The position numbers and the translations under genes were made by a program. A stretch of 64,000 nucleotides of DNA. It comes from an uncultured bacterium (GTDB taxonomy: Bacteria > Sysuimicrobiota > Sysuimicrobiia > Sysuimicrobiales > Sysuimicrobiaceae). Of the stretch, positions 1-9,314 are shown piece after piece. The notes below the pieces were generated by a model. That model saw only the letters and a program-made list of their open reading frames with translations. It was not told the origin of the DNA and did no database searches. Numbering within the stretch: position 1 is the stretch's first letter; every line of letters starts with the position of its first letter. The stretch covers positions 6,959 through 70,958 of the forward strand of contig CALIMJ010000027.1 in the NCBI GenBank assembly GCA_938028835.1. The letters are read 5' to 3'.

Positions 1-767
1 CGGTGCTGGGACAACCATCTGTGCAGCCCGCCCGCGTGACGGTGCAGGGCCCTAGGTCGCTGGTCCAACAGGTGCAGCGGGCGTGGGTGGCTGTGGACGT
101 CACCGGGCTCCGCACCTCCCTCACGCAGAGCCTGCGCGTGCGGGTGGAGGACCAGAACGGCGCGGAGCTCCAGGGGGTGACTTCCCAGCCCCCGAACGTC
201 CAGGTCACCTTGCCGGTTGGAGAGGGCGCACTGGTCAGAGCCGTGCCGGTGGTGCCCACCATCATCGGACGCCCCAGGCCAGGGCTTTCAGTGGCTCTGC
301 TGGAGGCCAGCCCTCCCGTGGTCACGGTTCGCGGGCCGCAGGAAGCGGTGCTGAACGTGTCGGTGCTACTCACGGACCCGGTGGACGTGAGCGCCGTGGA
401 AGGAGAGGTCCGGCGCACCGTACGGCTTCGGCTCCCGCCCCGGGTCCGGGCGGACGGCGGCCCTACGGTTTCGGTGCGGGTGGTGGTGCTGCCTACGCCC
501 GTCTCGCGGGAGCTGGAGGTAGCGGTGAGCGTGCGGGCGGAAGCGGGGCTGGAGGTGAGATTGGAGCCGGGTACGGTGCGGGTGGCGGTGGTAGGGCCCA
601 AGGAGGCCGTGGAGCGCCTGCAGCCGGACCAGGTGGAGGCCTTCGTGACCGTACCGCCTCAGTCAACCGCAGGCACGCGGCTTCCCGTGCGGGTGAGCGT
701 GCCCGAGGGCCTGGTGGTGGCCTGGGTGGACCCGCCCGAGGTTTCAGCCCGTGCGACCCGCAGGTAG
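1..767 (+). CDS. cdaR: CdaR/YbbR-family protein (5' truncated)
   Basis: Repeated YbbR-like units (P..VTV.GP...V); directly upstream of glmM as in cdaA-cdaR-glmM operons. Confidence 0.8.
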   Translation, partial: VLGQPSVQPARVTVQGPRSLVQQVQRAWVAVDVTGLRTSLTQSLRVRVEDQNGAELQGVTSQPPNVQVTLPVGEGALVRAVPVVPTIIGRPRPGLSVALLEASPPVVTVRGPQEAVLNVSVLLTDPVDVSAVEGEVRRTVRLRLPPRVRADGGPTVSVRVVVLPTPVSRELEVAVSVRAEAGLEVRLEPGTVRVAVVGPKEAVERLQPDQVEAFVTVPPQSTAGTRLPVRVSVPEGLVVAWVDPPEVSARATRR

Positions 768-780
768 GAGGGAGGACGCC

Positions 781-2169
781 CTGGAGAGTCCACACATTGC
801 AGAGACGGCCTGCGCAGACCCCGGGATCCCCGGTGGCCCTGCAAAGCTGTTCGGTACGGACGGGATCCGCGGGGTCGCCAACGACAGCCTCAGCCCGGAG
901 CTGGCGCTGGCCGTGGGCCGTGCCGCTGCTCGGGTCCTGGGCGGCGGGACTTTCCTGTTGGGTCGGGACACCCGTGTGTCCGGCCCCATGCTGGAGGCCG
1001 CCCTGGTGGCTGGTCTGTGCTCTGCCGGGGCGCGGGTCCTGCGCGCCGGGATCCTACCGACTCCGGCGGTCGCGTACCTGGTCGGGGAGGTGCGGGCCAA
1101 CGCGGGCGTGGTGGTGTCTGCTTCCCACAACCCCATCGAGGACAACGGGATCAAGTTGTTCGGCCCAGACGGCCACAAGCTCCCGGACTCGGTGGAGGCA
1201 GAGGTGGAGGCCGCGCTGGCCGAACGGGGCCCGCGGCCTACCGGGGTGCAGGTGGGGAGCGCGGAGGACTTTCCGGAAGCGCAGGAGCTGTACCTGCGCC
1301 ATCTCCTGCGCCACGCACCCACCGTCCGGGGGCTGCGGGTGGTGGTGGACTGCGCGTTCGGAGCCGCGTACCGGCTGGCTCCCCGGCTGTGGGAGGCCCT
1401 GGGGGCTAGTGTGCTGGCGCTTCACGCGGAGCCCGACGGCTCGAGGATCAACGTGGGCTGCGGGTCGACTCACCCTGCCGCCCTCCAACAGGCCGTGGTC
1501 CAACACCGGGCGCACGTGGGGTTCGCGCACGACGGGGACGCGGACCGGGTGGTGGCGGTGGACGAGACCGGGGGCGTGGTGGACGGGGATCTGATCCTCG
1601 CCGCCTGCGCCCGTCACCTGCGCGCCCGGGGACAACTGGACCCGCCGGTGGTGGTGGTCACCGTCATGACCAACCTGGGCGTGGAGCGGACCCTTGAGGG
1701 AGAAGGAATCCGGGTGGAGCGGGCCCCGGTGGGCGACCGGTACGTGCTGGAGCGCATGGAGGAGTTGGGTGCGGTCCTGGGTGGGGAGCAGAGCGGCCAC
1801 GTGATCTTCCGCCAGCTCGCCACCACGGGGGACGGGCTGCTCACGGCCCTGCAGCTGGTGCGGGTGATGCAGGAGTCGGGCCGGTCGCTGGCGGAGCTCG
1901 TGGCAGGAATCCCCCGCTACCCTCAGGTCCTCGTGAACGTGCCGGTTCGTTCCCGGGAGGGCGTGCTCCAGGATGCCGCGGTGCGCCGGCGCGTCGAGCT
2001 GGCGCGCCGCGCCCTGGGCAAAGAGGGGAGGGTCCTGGTGAGGGCGTCCGGTACGGAGCCGGTGGTGCGGGTGATGGTGGAGCACGAGGACGCGGACCGG
2101 GCCCGTGAGACCGCGGAAGAGCTGGCCGCGTTCCTGCGGGAGAGGGCAGGGGGAGCCGGTGGGCCGTGA
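781..2169 (+). CDS. glmM: Phosphoglucosamine mutase
   Basis: LFGTDGIRG, SASHNP, DGDADR and GGEQSGH motifs; start uncertain (CTG 781 after GGAGG; ORF open from 751). Confidence 0.93.
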   Translation: MESPHIAETACADPGIPGGPAKLFGTDGIRGVANDSLSPELALAVGRAAARVLGGGTFLLGRDTRVSGPMLEAALVAGLCSAGARVLRAGILPTPAVAYLVGEVRANAGVVVSASHNPIEDNGIKLFGPDGHKLPDSVEAEVEAALAERGPRPTGVQVGSAEDFPEAQELYLRHLLRHAPTVRGLRVVVDCAFGAAYRLAPRLWEALGASVLALHAEPDGSRINVGCGSTHPAALQQAVVQHRAHVGFAHDGDADRVVAVDETGGVVDGDLILAACARHLRARGQLDPPVVVVTVMTNLGVERTLEGEGIRVERAPVGDRYVLERMEELGAVLGGEQSGHVIFRQLATTGDGLLTALQLVRVMQESGRSLAELVAGIPRYPQVLVNVPVRSREGVLQDAAVRRRVELARRALGKEGRVLVRASGTEPVVRVMVEHEDADRARETAEELAAFLRERAGGAGGP

Positions 2170-2519
2170 GCGCGTCCGATGGTGCTCGCTCGGGCGACCT
2201 GTGGCGGGTCTGGGCCTTCGCGTGGATGGTTGCGGTCGGGGTCGGGGGCCTCCTGCCTCCCCTGGGGCCCCACGGGTTCCAGGCCGGGGGCCCTGCCTAC
2301 CACCTGGTGGGCTTCTCGGTGCTCACGGTGCTGTTTTCCCGGGCCATGCCGGCCGGTCGCGCGGCGGCTCTGGCGTGGGTGTACGGGCTCGCACTGGAAG
2401 GGGTGCAGGGCTTCCTGCCCTACCGCGGGGCGGAGCTGGGGGACCTGGCGGTGAATCTGGTAGCTGTGGCCCTGGGGATGGTGGCGGTAGCCGTTCGGAG
2501 GCTGGCAGGGACCCGGTAG
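2166..2519 (+). CDS. Small VanZ-like membrane protein
   Basis: Hydrophobic 117 aa with E.VQGFLPYR...GDL.VN, resembling VanZ family. Confidence 0.65.
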   Translation: MSASDGARSGDLWRVWAFAWMVAVGVGGLLPPLGPHGFQAGGPAYHLVGFSVLTVLFSRAMPAGRAAALAWVYGLALEGVQGFLPYRGAELGDLAVNLVAVALGMVAVAVRRLAGTR

Positions 2520-2612
2520 GGCGGCTTTGCTAGGCTGACTGTCGTGCACCGCGGTGCCCCTGCGGTCCTCTGGATCCACCGTTCGGATGAGGTGAATCCG
2601 CCGACCGGCCGG

Positions 2613-2641
2613 TTGCGCGAACCCCCCGGGTCTGGTACACA
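2613..2641 (+). promoter_or_regulatory. Putative sigma70 promoter for the ribozyme/fbp/glmS transcript
   Basis: TTGCGC-17 bp-TACACA with TG extension, ~47 nt before the ribozyme. Confidence 0.45.
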
Positions 2642-2687
2642 ACAGGCAGGGCTTGCCAGGGAGGTGAGAGGGGAACACCTGGGTGGA

Positions 2688-2872
2688 AGCGCCAGGACCC
2701 GCAGCCGGTCAGGTTGCGGGTTGACGAGGCGGGGGATCTCGACGGGGAGCGGCAACTCCCTGCTCGGCGGGTGACCCCAGGCCCACCGGCGGGCCTCCGG
2801 AAACCCATCCGGTCTGCAAAAGGTAGCTGACAAAGCCCGGGGGTGACCCCGGGACAAAAAGCTGCCGGCCGG
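2688..2872 (+). ncRNA. glmS ribozyme/riboswitch (GlcN6P-activated)
   Basis: AGCGCCAGGAC core, P1 stem, GTTGACGAGG, TCGA..TCGGCGGGTG, and P4/P4.1 (GGTAGCT GACAAA GCCCGGGG-GTGA-CCCCGGG ACAAAA AGCTGCC); predicted cleavage A2688/G2689. Confidence 0.92.
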
Positions 2873-3014
2873 CGCCGTTCCTGAGCTGACCGTCGCGCCA
2901 GGCGTCCCACCTGGGCGCGAGGGGTCCCACGAGACAGTCCAGCCATTCGACCTCCCGTCCGGCTGCTTGCGGGCGGGACGGAAACCTTGCGCGCTGCGCG
3001 AAAGGAGGGAGCGT

Positions 3015-4145
3015 ATGCGTACCACCCTGAGCGTGATCAAGGCCGACATCGGGAGCGTGGGCGGGCACACCCTGCCCAGCCAGCGAGTCCTGGAAGTGGT
3101 GCGCGAGCGGGTGTTCGCCGAGCGCGGGAAGTTGCTGGTGGACGCTTACGTAGCGCACACCGGGGACGACGTGTGTCTGATCCTGTCCCACCGCCACGGG
3201 GTGGGGCATCCGGACGTCCACGCCCTCGCCTGGGAAGCGTTCCGGGCAGGCGCGGAGGTGGCCCGGCAGCAGGGCCTGTACGGCGCGGGCCAAGACCTGC
3301 TGAAGGATGCCTTTTCGGGCAACGTGCGGGGTCTGGGACCCGCGGCGGCGGAGATGGAGTTCGAAGAGCGCCCCAACGAGGCGGTGGTGGTGTTCGCCGC
3401 GGACAAGACCGAGCCCGGTGCTTTTAACCTGCCGCTGTACCTCGCCTTCGCGGATCCCATGTACTCCTCCGGCCTGCTGTTGTCCCCGGACCTGCACCAG
3501 GGCTTCCGGTTCCGCATCATGGACGTGGACTACACGGAGGGAGACCGCACCATCACCCTGGACGCGCCCGAGCGCCTGTACGACATCGCCGCGCTGCTCC
3601 GGGACACGCACCGCTATGTCATCGAGTCCATCTGGTCCCGCAAGTACCCGCACGAGCAGGCGGCTGCGGTGTCCACCACCCGGCTGCGCAACATCGCGGG
3701 GCGGTACGTGGGCAAGGACGACCCGGTGGCGGTGGTGCGGGTGCAGAAGATCTTCCCGGCCACCGAGGAGTTCGGCCCGCCCTTCGCGGTGGTGCCCTTC
3801 GTGGCCGGGGACACCCGTGGCAGCCACAACCTACCCTTGATGCCGGTGCCCATCAACACCCCTGCCAGCACCTTCTTCTGCGTGCCCATGGTCTCGGGCC
3901 TCGCCTTCTCCGTGCACGAGGGCCAGTTCACCGAGCCCACGGACCTGTTCGCGGATCCCTTCTGGGTCCACGTACGTGAGCGGGCGGCGGCCAAGGCTCT
4001 GGAGATGCGCCGGCAGGGGTTCTTCGGGCCGGCCATGCTGCCCATGTCGGAGCTCGAGTACGGAGGGATCGTGGCGCGTCTGGAGGCGCTGGAGAAGGAG
4101 TTCGTGGTGAGCCGCGAGGCGGAGCCCGCGGCCGCCGGGCAGTAG
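3015..4145 (+). CDS. fbp: Fructose-1,6-bisphosphate aldolase/phosphatase (class V, archaeal type)
   Basis: SVIKADIG..GGH, GDD, LYGAGQDLLKDAFSGNVRG, DKTEPGAFN, YVGKDDP motifs; AGGAGG RBS. Confidence 0.93.
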   Translation: MRTTLSVIKADIGSVGGHTLPSQRVLEVVRERVFAERGKLLVDAYVAHTGDDVCLILSHRHGVGHPDVHALAWEAFRAGAEVARQQGLYGAGQDLLKDAFSGNVRGLGPAAAEMEFEERPNEAVVVFAADKTEPGAFNLPLYLAFADPMYSSGLLLSPDLHQGFRFRIMDVDYTEGDRTITLDAPERLYDIAALLRDTHRYVIESIWSRKYPHEQAAAVSTTRLRNIAGRYVGKDDPVAVVRVQKIFPATEEFGPPFAVVPFVAGDTRGSHNLPLMPVPINTPASTFFCVPMVSGLAFSVHEGQFTEPTDLFADPFWVHVRERAAAKALEMRRQGFFGPAMLPMSELEYGGIVARLEALEKEFVVSREAEPAAAGQ

Positions 4146-4208
4146 GCCGCGGCTGCAGGAGCGGTTGCCGCGGGGCGATGGGTGTCGGTCCCCGGGCGGG
4201 AGGCGAGT

Positions 4209-6035
4209 ATGTGCGGCATCATGGGCTACATCGGAGAACGGGCGGCGGTCCCCCTCCTGCTGGACGGACTGAGCCGGCTGGAGTACCGGGGCTACGACTC
4301 CGCGGGTGTGGCGGTGGCCCACAACGGCACCGTGCAGGTGCGCAAGGCCGCGGGGAAGCTGTCGCGCCTGCGGGAGATCCTGGAGCGCGACCCGATTCCC
4401 GGCACGGTGGGCATCGGCCACACTCGCTGGGCCACCCACGGCCAGCCCACGGACATCAACGCCCACCCCCACACGGACGAGTCGGGCCGCTTCGTGGTCA
4501 TCCACAACGGGATCATCGAGAACTTCCTGTCCCTCCGGGAGGAGCTCGCCTCCCGCGGTCACCGTCTGCGCTCGGACACCGACACCGAGCTGCTGGCCCA
4601 CCTCATCGAGGAGGAGTACCGGGGGGACCTGGTGGAGGCCACCCGCCGGGCGGTGCGACGGGCCTCCGGCGCGTACGCCCTCGTGGTCCTGTGCGCTCAC
4701 GAGCCCCACCGGATCGTGGCGGTTCGCATGATCAGCCCCCTGGTGGTGGGCTTCGGGCAAGGCGAGATGCTGCTGGCCTCTGACATCCCCGCCCTGCTGC
4801 CGTACACCCGCGATGTGCTGGTGGTGAACGACGGAGAGCTGGTGGTGTTGACGCGGGAGGGGGTGCAGCTGGAGAGCCTCGAGGGGGGGCCGGTGTCGCG
4901 CAGCCGCATGCACGTCACGTGGACCGCGGATCAGGCGGAGCGGGGCGGCTTCCCCCACTTCATGCTGAAGGAGATCTACGAGCAGCCGCGCGCGCTGCAG
5001 GAGACCCTCATGGGCCGGCTGGACGGCGACGGGCCCGTGGTCCTGGAGGACGTCCACCTCGACACCGCCTTCGCCCGGGCCCTGAACAAGGTCTGGATCA
5101 CGGGCTGCGGGACCGCCTACCACGCGGGGCTGGTAGGCCGGTACCTGTTCGAGCGGGTCCTGCGCCTTCCCACGGAGGCCGACTACGCGCACGAACTCCG
5201 CTACCGGGACCCCACGGTGCGTGCCGGGGACCTGGTGGTGGCCATCAGCCAGTCCGGCGAGACTGCGGACACCTTGGCCGCCGCGCGGCTGTGCCGATCC
5301 CGGGGTGCCCGGGTGCTGGCGGTGACCAACGTGGTGGGCAGCACCCTGAGCCGCGAGGCGGACGACGTCCTCTACACTCGGGCGGGCCCCGAGATCGCGG
5401 TGGCGTCGACCAAAGCGTACCTGACCATGCTGGTGGGGCAGGTCCTGCTGATGCTGCACCTAGGCTCCCTCCGCGGGAGCCTGCCCGCCGACCGGGCCCG
5501 GCAGCTGGTGGAAGAACTCGCGGTGCTGCCCCGGAAGGTCCAGGAGATCCTCAACCACCCGGCGCCGGTGGAGGCTCTGGCGCGGGAGGTGGCGGACAGC
5601 GAGCACGTGTATTTCATCGGGCGCGGCCTGGACTACGCGGTGGCCATGGAGGGTTCCCTCAAGCTCAAGGAGATCTCCTACGTTCACTCGGAGGCCATGC
5701 CCGCGGGCGAGCTGAAGCACGGCACCCTGGCCCTGGTGACTCCGGGGACTCCCGTGGTGGTGGTGCTGACCCAGGCGCACGTGTACGAGAAGACGGTCTC
5801 CGGGCTCCAGGAGGTGAAGGCCCGGGGGGCCAGGGTCATCGCCGTGGCCTACGAGGACGACCCGGAGATCGGGAAGCTGGCGGACCGGGTACTGCGCATC
5901 CCGCGTACCGACGACCTGCTGAGCCCGGTACTGGCCGCGGTCCCCCTGCAGCTGCTGGCGTACTGGGTGGCGCGAGAGAGAGGGCACGACATCGACCAGC
6001 CCCGGAACCTGGCGAAGAGCGTGACGGTGGAGTAG
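4209..6035 (+). CDS. glmS: Glutamine-fructose-6-phosphate transaminase
   Basis: MCGI N-terminus, LEYRGYDSAG, GHTRWATHG, C-terminal PRNLAKSVTVE. Confidence 0.97.
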   Translation: MCGIMGYIGERAAVPLLLDGLSRLEYRGYDSAGVAVAHNGTVQVRKAAGKLSRLREILERDPIPGTVGIGHTRWATHGQPTDINAHPHTDESGRFVVIHNGIIENFLSLREELASRGHRLRSDTDTELLAHLIEEEYRGDLVEATRRAVRRASGAYALVVLCAHEPHRIVAVRMISPLVVGFGQGEMLLASDIPALLPYTRDVLVVNDGELVVLTREGVQLESLEGGPVSRSRMHVTWTADQAERGGFPHFMLKEIYEQPRALQETLMGRLDGDGPVVLEDVHLDTAFARALNKVWITGCGTAYHAGLVGRYLFERVLRLPTEADYAHELRYRDPTVRAGDLVVAISQSGETADTLAAARLCRSRGARVLAVTNVVGSTLSREADDVLYTRAGPEIAVASTKAYLTMLVGQVLLMLHLGSLRGSLPADRARQLVEELAVLPRKVQEILNHPAPVEALAREVADSEHVYFIGRGLDYAVAMEGSLKLKEISYVHSEAMPAGELKHGTLALVTPGTPVVVVLTQAHVYEKTVSGLQEVKARGARVIAVAYEDDPEIGKLADRVLRIPRTDDLLSPVLAAVPLQLLAYWVARERGHDIDQPRNLAKSVTVE

Positions 6036-6075
6036 CGGGAATCCCCCAAGCCCACGCCGAAGCGTACCATCTCGG

Positions 6076-6264
6076 ATGGACGGCCCGGGCCACCCCGTGG
6101 ACTCCGCACTTTTGGAGCTGCTGGCCTGCCCCGCCTGCCACGGGCGGCTGCGGCAGGAGCAGGACCGCTTGGTGTGTGCGTCCTGCGGCCGCCGCTATCC
6201 CATCCGGGACGGCATCCCGGTCCTGCTGGTGGAGGAGGCGGAGGGTCCGGAGGGGGCGATGTAG
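6076..6264 (+). CDS. Trm112/YcaR-family small protein
   Basis: LLELLACPAC..L...C..C.RRYPIRDGIPVLL. Confidence 0.85.
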   Translation: MDGPGHPVDSALLELLACPACHGRLRQEQDRLVCASCGRRYPIRDGIPVLLVEEAEGPEGAM

Positions 6265-6657
6265 GTGGTACTGGGCGTCGGGGTGGACGCGGTCGAGGTG
6301 GCGCGTATCCGGCGGGCGGTGGACCGCTGGGGCGAGGCGTTCCTGACTCGGGTGTACACGCCCGTGGAGCTGGCGCGGGCGTCGGGTCGAGACGGCCCCG
6401 CGCGGCTGGCTGCCCGGTTTGCCGCGAAGGAGGCTGTCATGAAGGCCCTAGGCTGCGGGTGGGGCCGGGTACGGTTCCGGGACATCGAGGTCACCCGCGA
6501 CCCGGGGGGCCGGCCGCGGGCCAGGCTGTCCGGCGCCGCGGCCCGGCTGGCCGAGCGGGCGGGTGTCGTGGCAGTGCACCTGTCTCTGTCCCACGCGCGG
6601 GGCTACGCGGTCGCGGTGGCGGTGGCGGAGGGGCGGCGTGAAGCTGGTGACCGCTAG
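6265..6657 (+). CDS. acpS: Holo-ACP synthase
   Basis: GVGVDAVE, ARFAAKEAVMKALG, SLSH motifs. Confidence 0.93.
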   Translation: MVLGVGVDAVEVARIRRAVDRWGEAFLTRVYTPVELARASGRDGPARLAARFAAKEAVMKALGCGWGRVRFRDIEVTRDPGGRPRARLSGAAARLAERAGVVAVHLSLSHARGYAVAVAVAEGRREAGDR

Positions 6658-8233
6658 CGAGATGCGGGAGCTGGAGCGGCGGGCCACGCAGGAAGCGGGG
6701 CTGCCCACGCTCGTGCTGATGGAGCACGCCGGCCGCGCAGTGGCCCAGGTGACCTGGAGGCTGTTGCGAGAGCGCGGCGGGAGCAGGGTCGTGGTGGTGT
6801 GCGGAAAGGGCAACAACGGGGGGGACGGCCTGTGCGCGGCCCGCCACCTCGCCAACGCGGGGCTGTCGGTGCGGGTGTACCTGCTGGCCCGTGATCAGGA
6901 CCTCGAGGGAGACGCTGCCACAAACCTGCGGGCCCTCCGGGCGGGGGGCGTCGAGGTGGACAACGTGGTGGGCGCAGTAGACACCGCCCTGCGGGCCGTG
7001 GGGGTGGGTACGGACGTGGTCGTGGACGCCATCTTCGGCACGGGTTTCCGGGGCAGCCCCATGGGCCTGGCGGCCCGCGCCATCGAAGCCATCAACGACA
7101 GCCGGCTGCCCGTGGTGGCGGTGGACGTCCCGTCAGGCCTGGACGCGGACACCGGTAGGGTGGAGGGCCCGTGCGTGCGCGCGCAGGTAACGGTGACCAT
7201 GGGCCTGCCCAAGGTCGGCCTTTTGGTGTACCCGGGCGCCGCGTACTGCGGGCAGGTGCTGGTCGCGGACCTGGGGCTTCCGCGCCGGCTTCTCCTGGAA
7301 GGCGTCCCCCTTCCCACGGAGGTGGCCACCGCAGCGCAGGTGGCCCGGTTGCTACCGCCCCGGGCTCCGGAGACCCACAAGGGCACCTACGGCAGGGTGC
7401 TGGTGGTGGCCGGGTCCGCCCGGTTCCCCGGTGCGCCCAAGTTGGCGGCCCTGGGCGCGCTGCGGTGCGGGGCGGGGCTGGTACGGCTGCTGGTACCGAG
7501 CTGTATCTTCCCGTCCGTGGCCGCCTCTGCCCTGGAGTTCATGCCGGCCGCTTTGCCGGACGCGGACGGCGCCCTCGATCCTTCGGCCCTGGACCCCGTG
7601 ATGGAATACGCGCAGGACGCGGACGTGGTGGCCCTGGGGCCTGGCCTCACCACGGGGGAAGGGGTGAGCCGGGTCGTCCGGGCGGTCCTGGAGGCCTGCG
7701 ACCGCCCCCTGGTGTTGGACGCCGACGCCCTCAACGTGCTGCGCGGCCAGCACGCTGCCTTGCGCGCGGCCCGGGCGCCCGTGGTCATCACCCCGCACCC
7801 GGGAGAGCTGGGCCGGCTGCTGGGGGTTTCCACGTCGGAGGTGCAGCGCGCGCGCCTGGAGGTGGCGCGGTCCGCGGCCCGCCTCACGGGTGCGGTAACC
7901 CTACTGAAGGGCGCTCGCACCGTGGTGGCGTCTCCCGAGGGCCGGGTGGTGGTGAATCCCACAGGCAACCCCGGAATGGCGTCCGGGGGGATGGGAGACG
8001 TACTCACAGGCGCGGTGGCCGCTTTGCTGGGCCAGGGCCTGGTGCCGTTCGACGCCGCTTGGGTGGCGGCGTACCTGCACGGCCTCGCCGCGGACCTCCT
8101 GGCGGAGGAGTGGGGCGACCGAGGGTTGCTGGCCCACGACGTGGCGGAACGCATTCCGGACGCCATCTACAGGGTCCGCACCGGACGGGCCAGAGAAGCG
8201 TTCAGCTACCTCCATGCGGCCAGCGTGGGTTGA
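6638..8233 (+). CDS. nnr: Bifunctional NAD(P)H-hydrate epimerase/dehydratase
   Basis: LMEHAG, GKGNNGGDG, DAIFGTG, HKGTYG, LDADAL, TPHPGE, GMGDVL. Confidence 0.92.
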   Translation: MKLVTASEMRELERRATQEAGLPTLVLMEHAGRAVAQVTWRLLRERGGSRVVVVCGKGNNGGDGLCAARHLANAGLSVRVYLLARDQDLEGDAATNLRALRAGGVEVDNVVGAVDTALRAVGVGTDVVVDAIFGTGFRGSPMGLAARAIEAINDSRLPVVAVDVPSGLDADTGRVEGPCVRAQVTVTMGLPKVGLLVYPGAAYCGQVLVADLGLPRRLLLEGVPLPTEVATAAQVARLLPPRAPETHKGTYGRVLVVAGSARFPGAPKLAALGALRCGAGLVRLLVPSCIFPSVAASALEFMPAALPDADGALDPSALDPVMEYAQDADVVALGPGLTTGEGVSRVVRAVLEACDRPLVLDADALNVLRGQHAALRAARAPVVITPHPGELGRLLGVSTSEVQRARLEVARSAARLTGAVTLLKGARTVVASPEGRVVVNPTGNPGMASGGMGDVLTGAVAALLGQGLVPFDAAWVAAYLHGLAADLLAEEWGDRGLLAHDVAERIPDAIYRVRTGRAREAFSYLHAASVG

Positions 8234-9314
8234 GGTCGACCTGGACTCCGTGCGATCCAACGTGCGCGCTACGCTGGGGGTGCTCCGCCGCTCCACCCAG
8301 CTGCTGGCCGTGGTCAAGGCGGACGCGTACGGACACGGCGCCGTGCCCGTGGCCCGGGCGGCGGTGGAGGCGGGTGCCACGTGGCTGGGGGTGGCGCTGG
8401 CCGAAGAGGCCCTGCAGCTGCGCGCCGCGGGGGTGGGGGTACCCGTGCTGGTCTTCGGCTACAGCGCCCCTGAAGCCGTCGTGGAGGGAGCCTGCCAGAG
8501 GGTGTCCTTCACGGTGTTCTCCGCCGGGAGCCTGCAGGCCGCGGTGGAGGCCAGCAGCCGGTCCCCGGTGGGCGTGGCGGTCCACCTGAAGGTGGACACG
8601 GGCATGACCCGGGTCGGGTTCGCGCCGGAGGAGGCCGCAGAAGTGGCGGACCGGATCGTCGCCACACCCGGACTGCACCTGGAGGGCGTGTACACCCACT
8701 TCGCGTCCGCGGACACGGACCGGAGCTTCACCCTCTCCCAACTGCGACAGTTCCTGGCGGTGGTGGAGGCTCTCCGAGCCCGGGGACACCACGTGCCGTT
8801 CGTGCACGCGGCCAACACCGCGGCCACCTTCACGCTGCCAGCCAGCCACCTGGACCTGGTACGGGTCGGCATCGCCCTGTACGGGCTGTCGCCCGGGGTG
8901 CCGACGCCTGGGCTGCGGCCGGCCATGCGGGTGGTGGCCCGAGCTGTGCAGGTCCGCCGTGTGCCCGAGGGGACGCCGGTCAGCTACGGCGCTAGTTACA
9001 GGACCTCGCGGGCGACCACCATCGTGACAGTCCCAGTAGGCTACGGGGACGGCATCCCCCGCAACCTGTCCAACCGAGGATTCGCGAGCCTGCGGGGACA
9101 CCGGGTGCGGTACGCGGGAGCCGTGTGCATGGACTTCCTCATGCTGGACGCGGGCGACCTGGAGGTGGAGGAGGGAGAAGCCGTGGAGCTGGTGGGCCCC
9201 GCGGCCCCAGCGGAGGAGCTGGCTTCCCTGTGCGGGACCATCCCGTACGAAATCGTCACGCGCCTGGGCCCGCGTCTGCCCCGGGTGTACCGCGGGCCGT
9301 CCCCGCGGGTCTAA
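8214..9314 (+). CDS. alr: Alanine racemase
   Basis: AVVKADAYGHG, HLKVDTGM.R, SYG, GYGDG, CMD, TIPYE. Confidence 0.95.
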   Translation: MRPAWVEVDLDSVRSNVRATLGVLRRSTQLLAVVKADAYGHGAVPVARAAVEAGATWLGVALAEEALQLRAAGVGVPVLVFGYSAPEAVVEGACQRVSFTVFSAGSLQAAVEASSRSPVGVAVHLKVDTGMTRVGFAPEEAAEVADRIVATPGLHLEGVYTHFASADTDRSFTLSQLRQFLAVVEALRARGHHVPFVHAANTAATFTLPASHLDLVRVGIALYGLSPGVPTPGLRPAMRVVARAVQVRRVPEGTPVSYGASYRTSRATTIVTVPVGYGDGIPRNLSNRGFASLRGHRVRYAGAVCMDFLMLDAGDLEVEEGEAVELVGPAAPAEELASLCGTIPYEIVTRLGPRLPRVYRGPSPRV

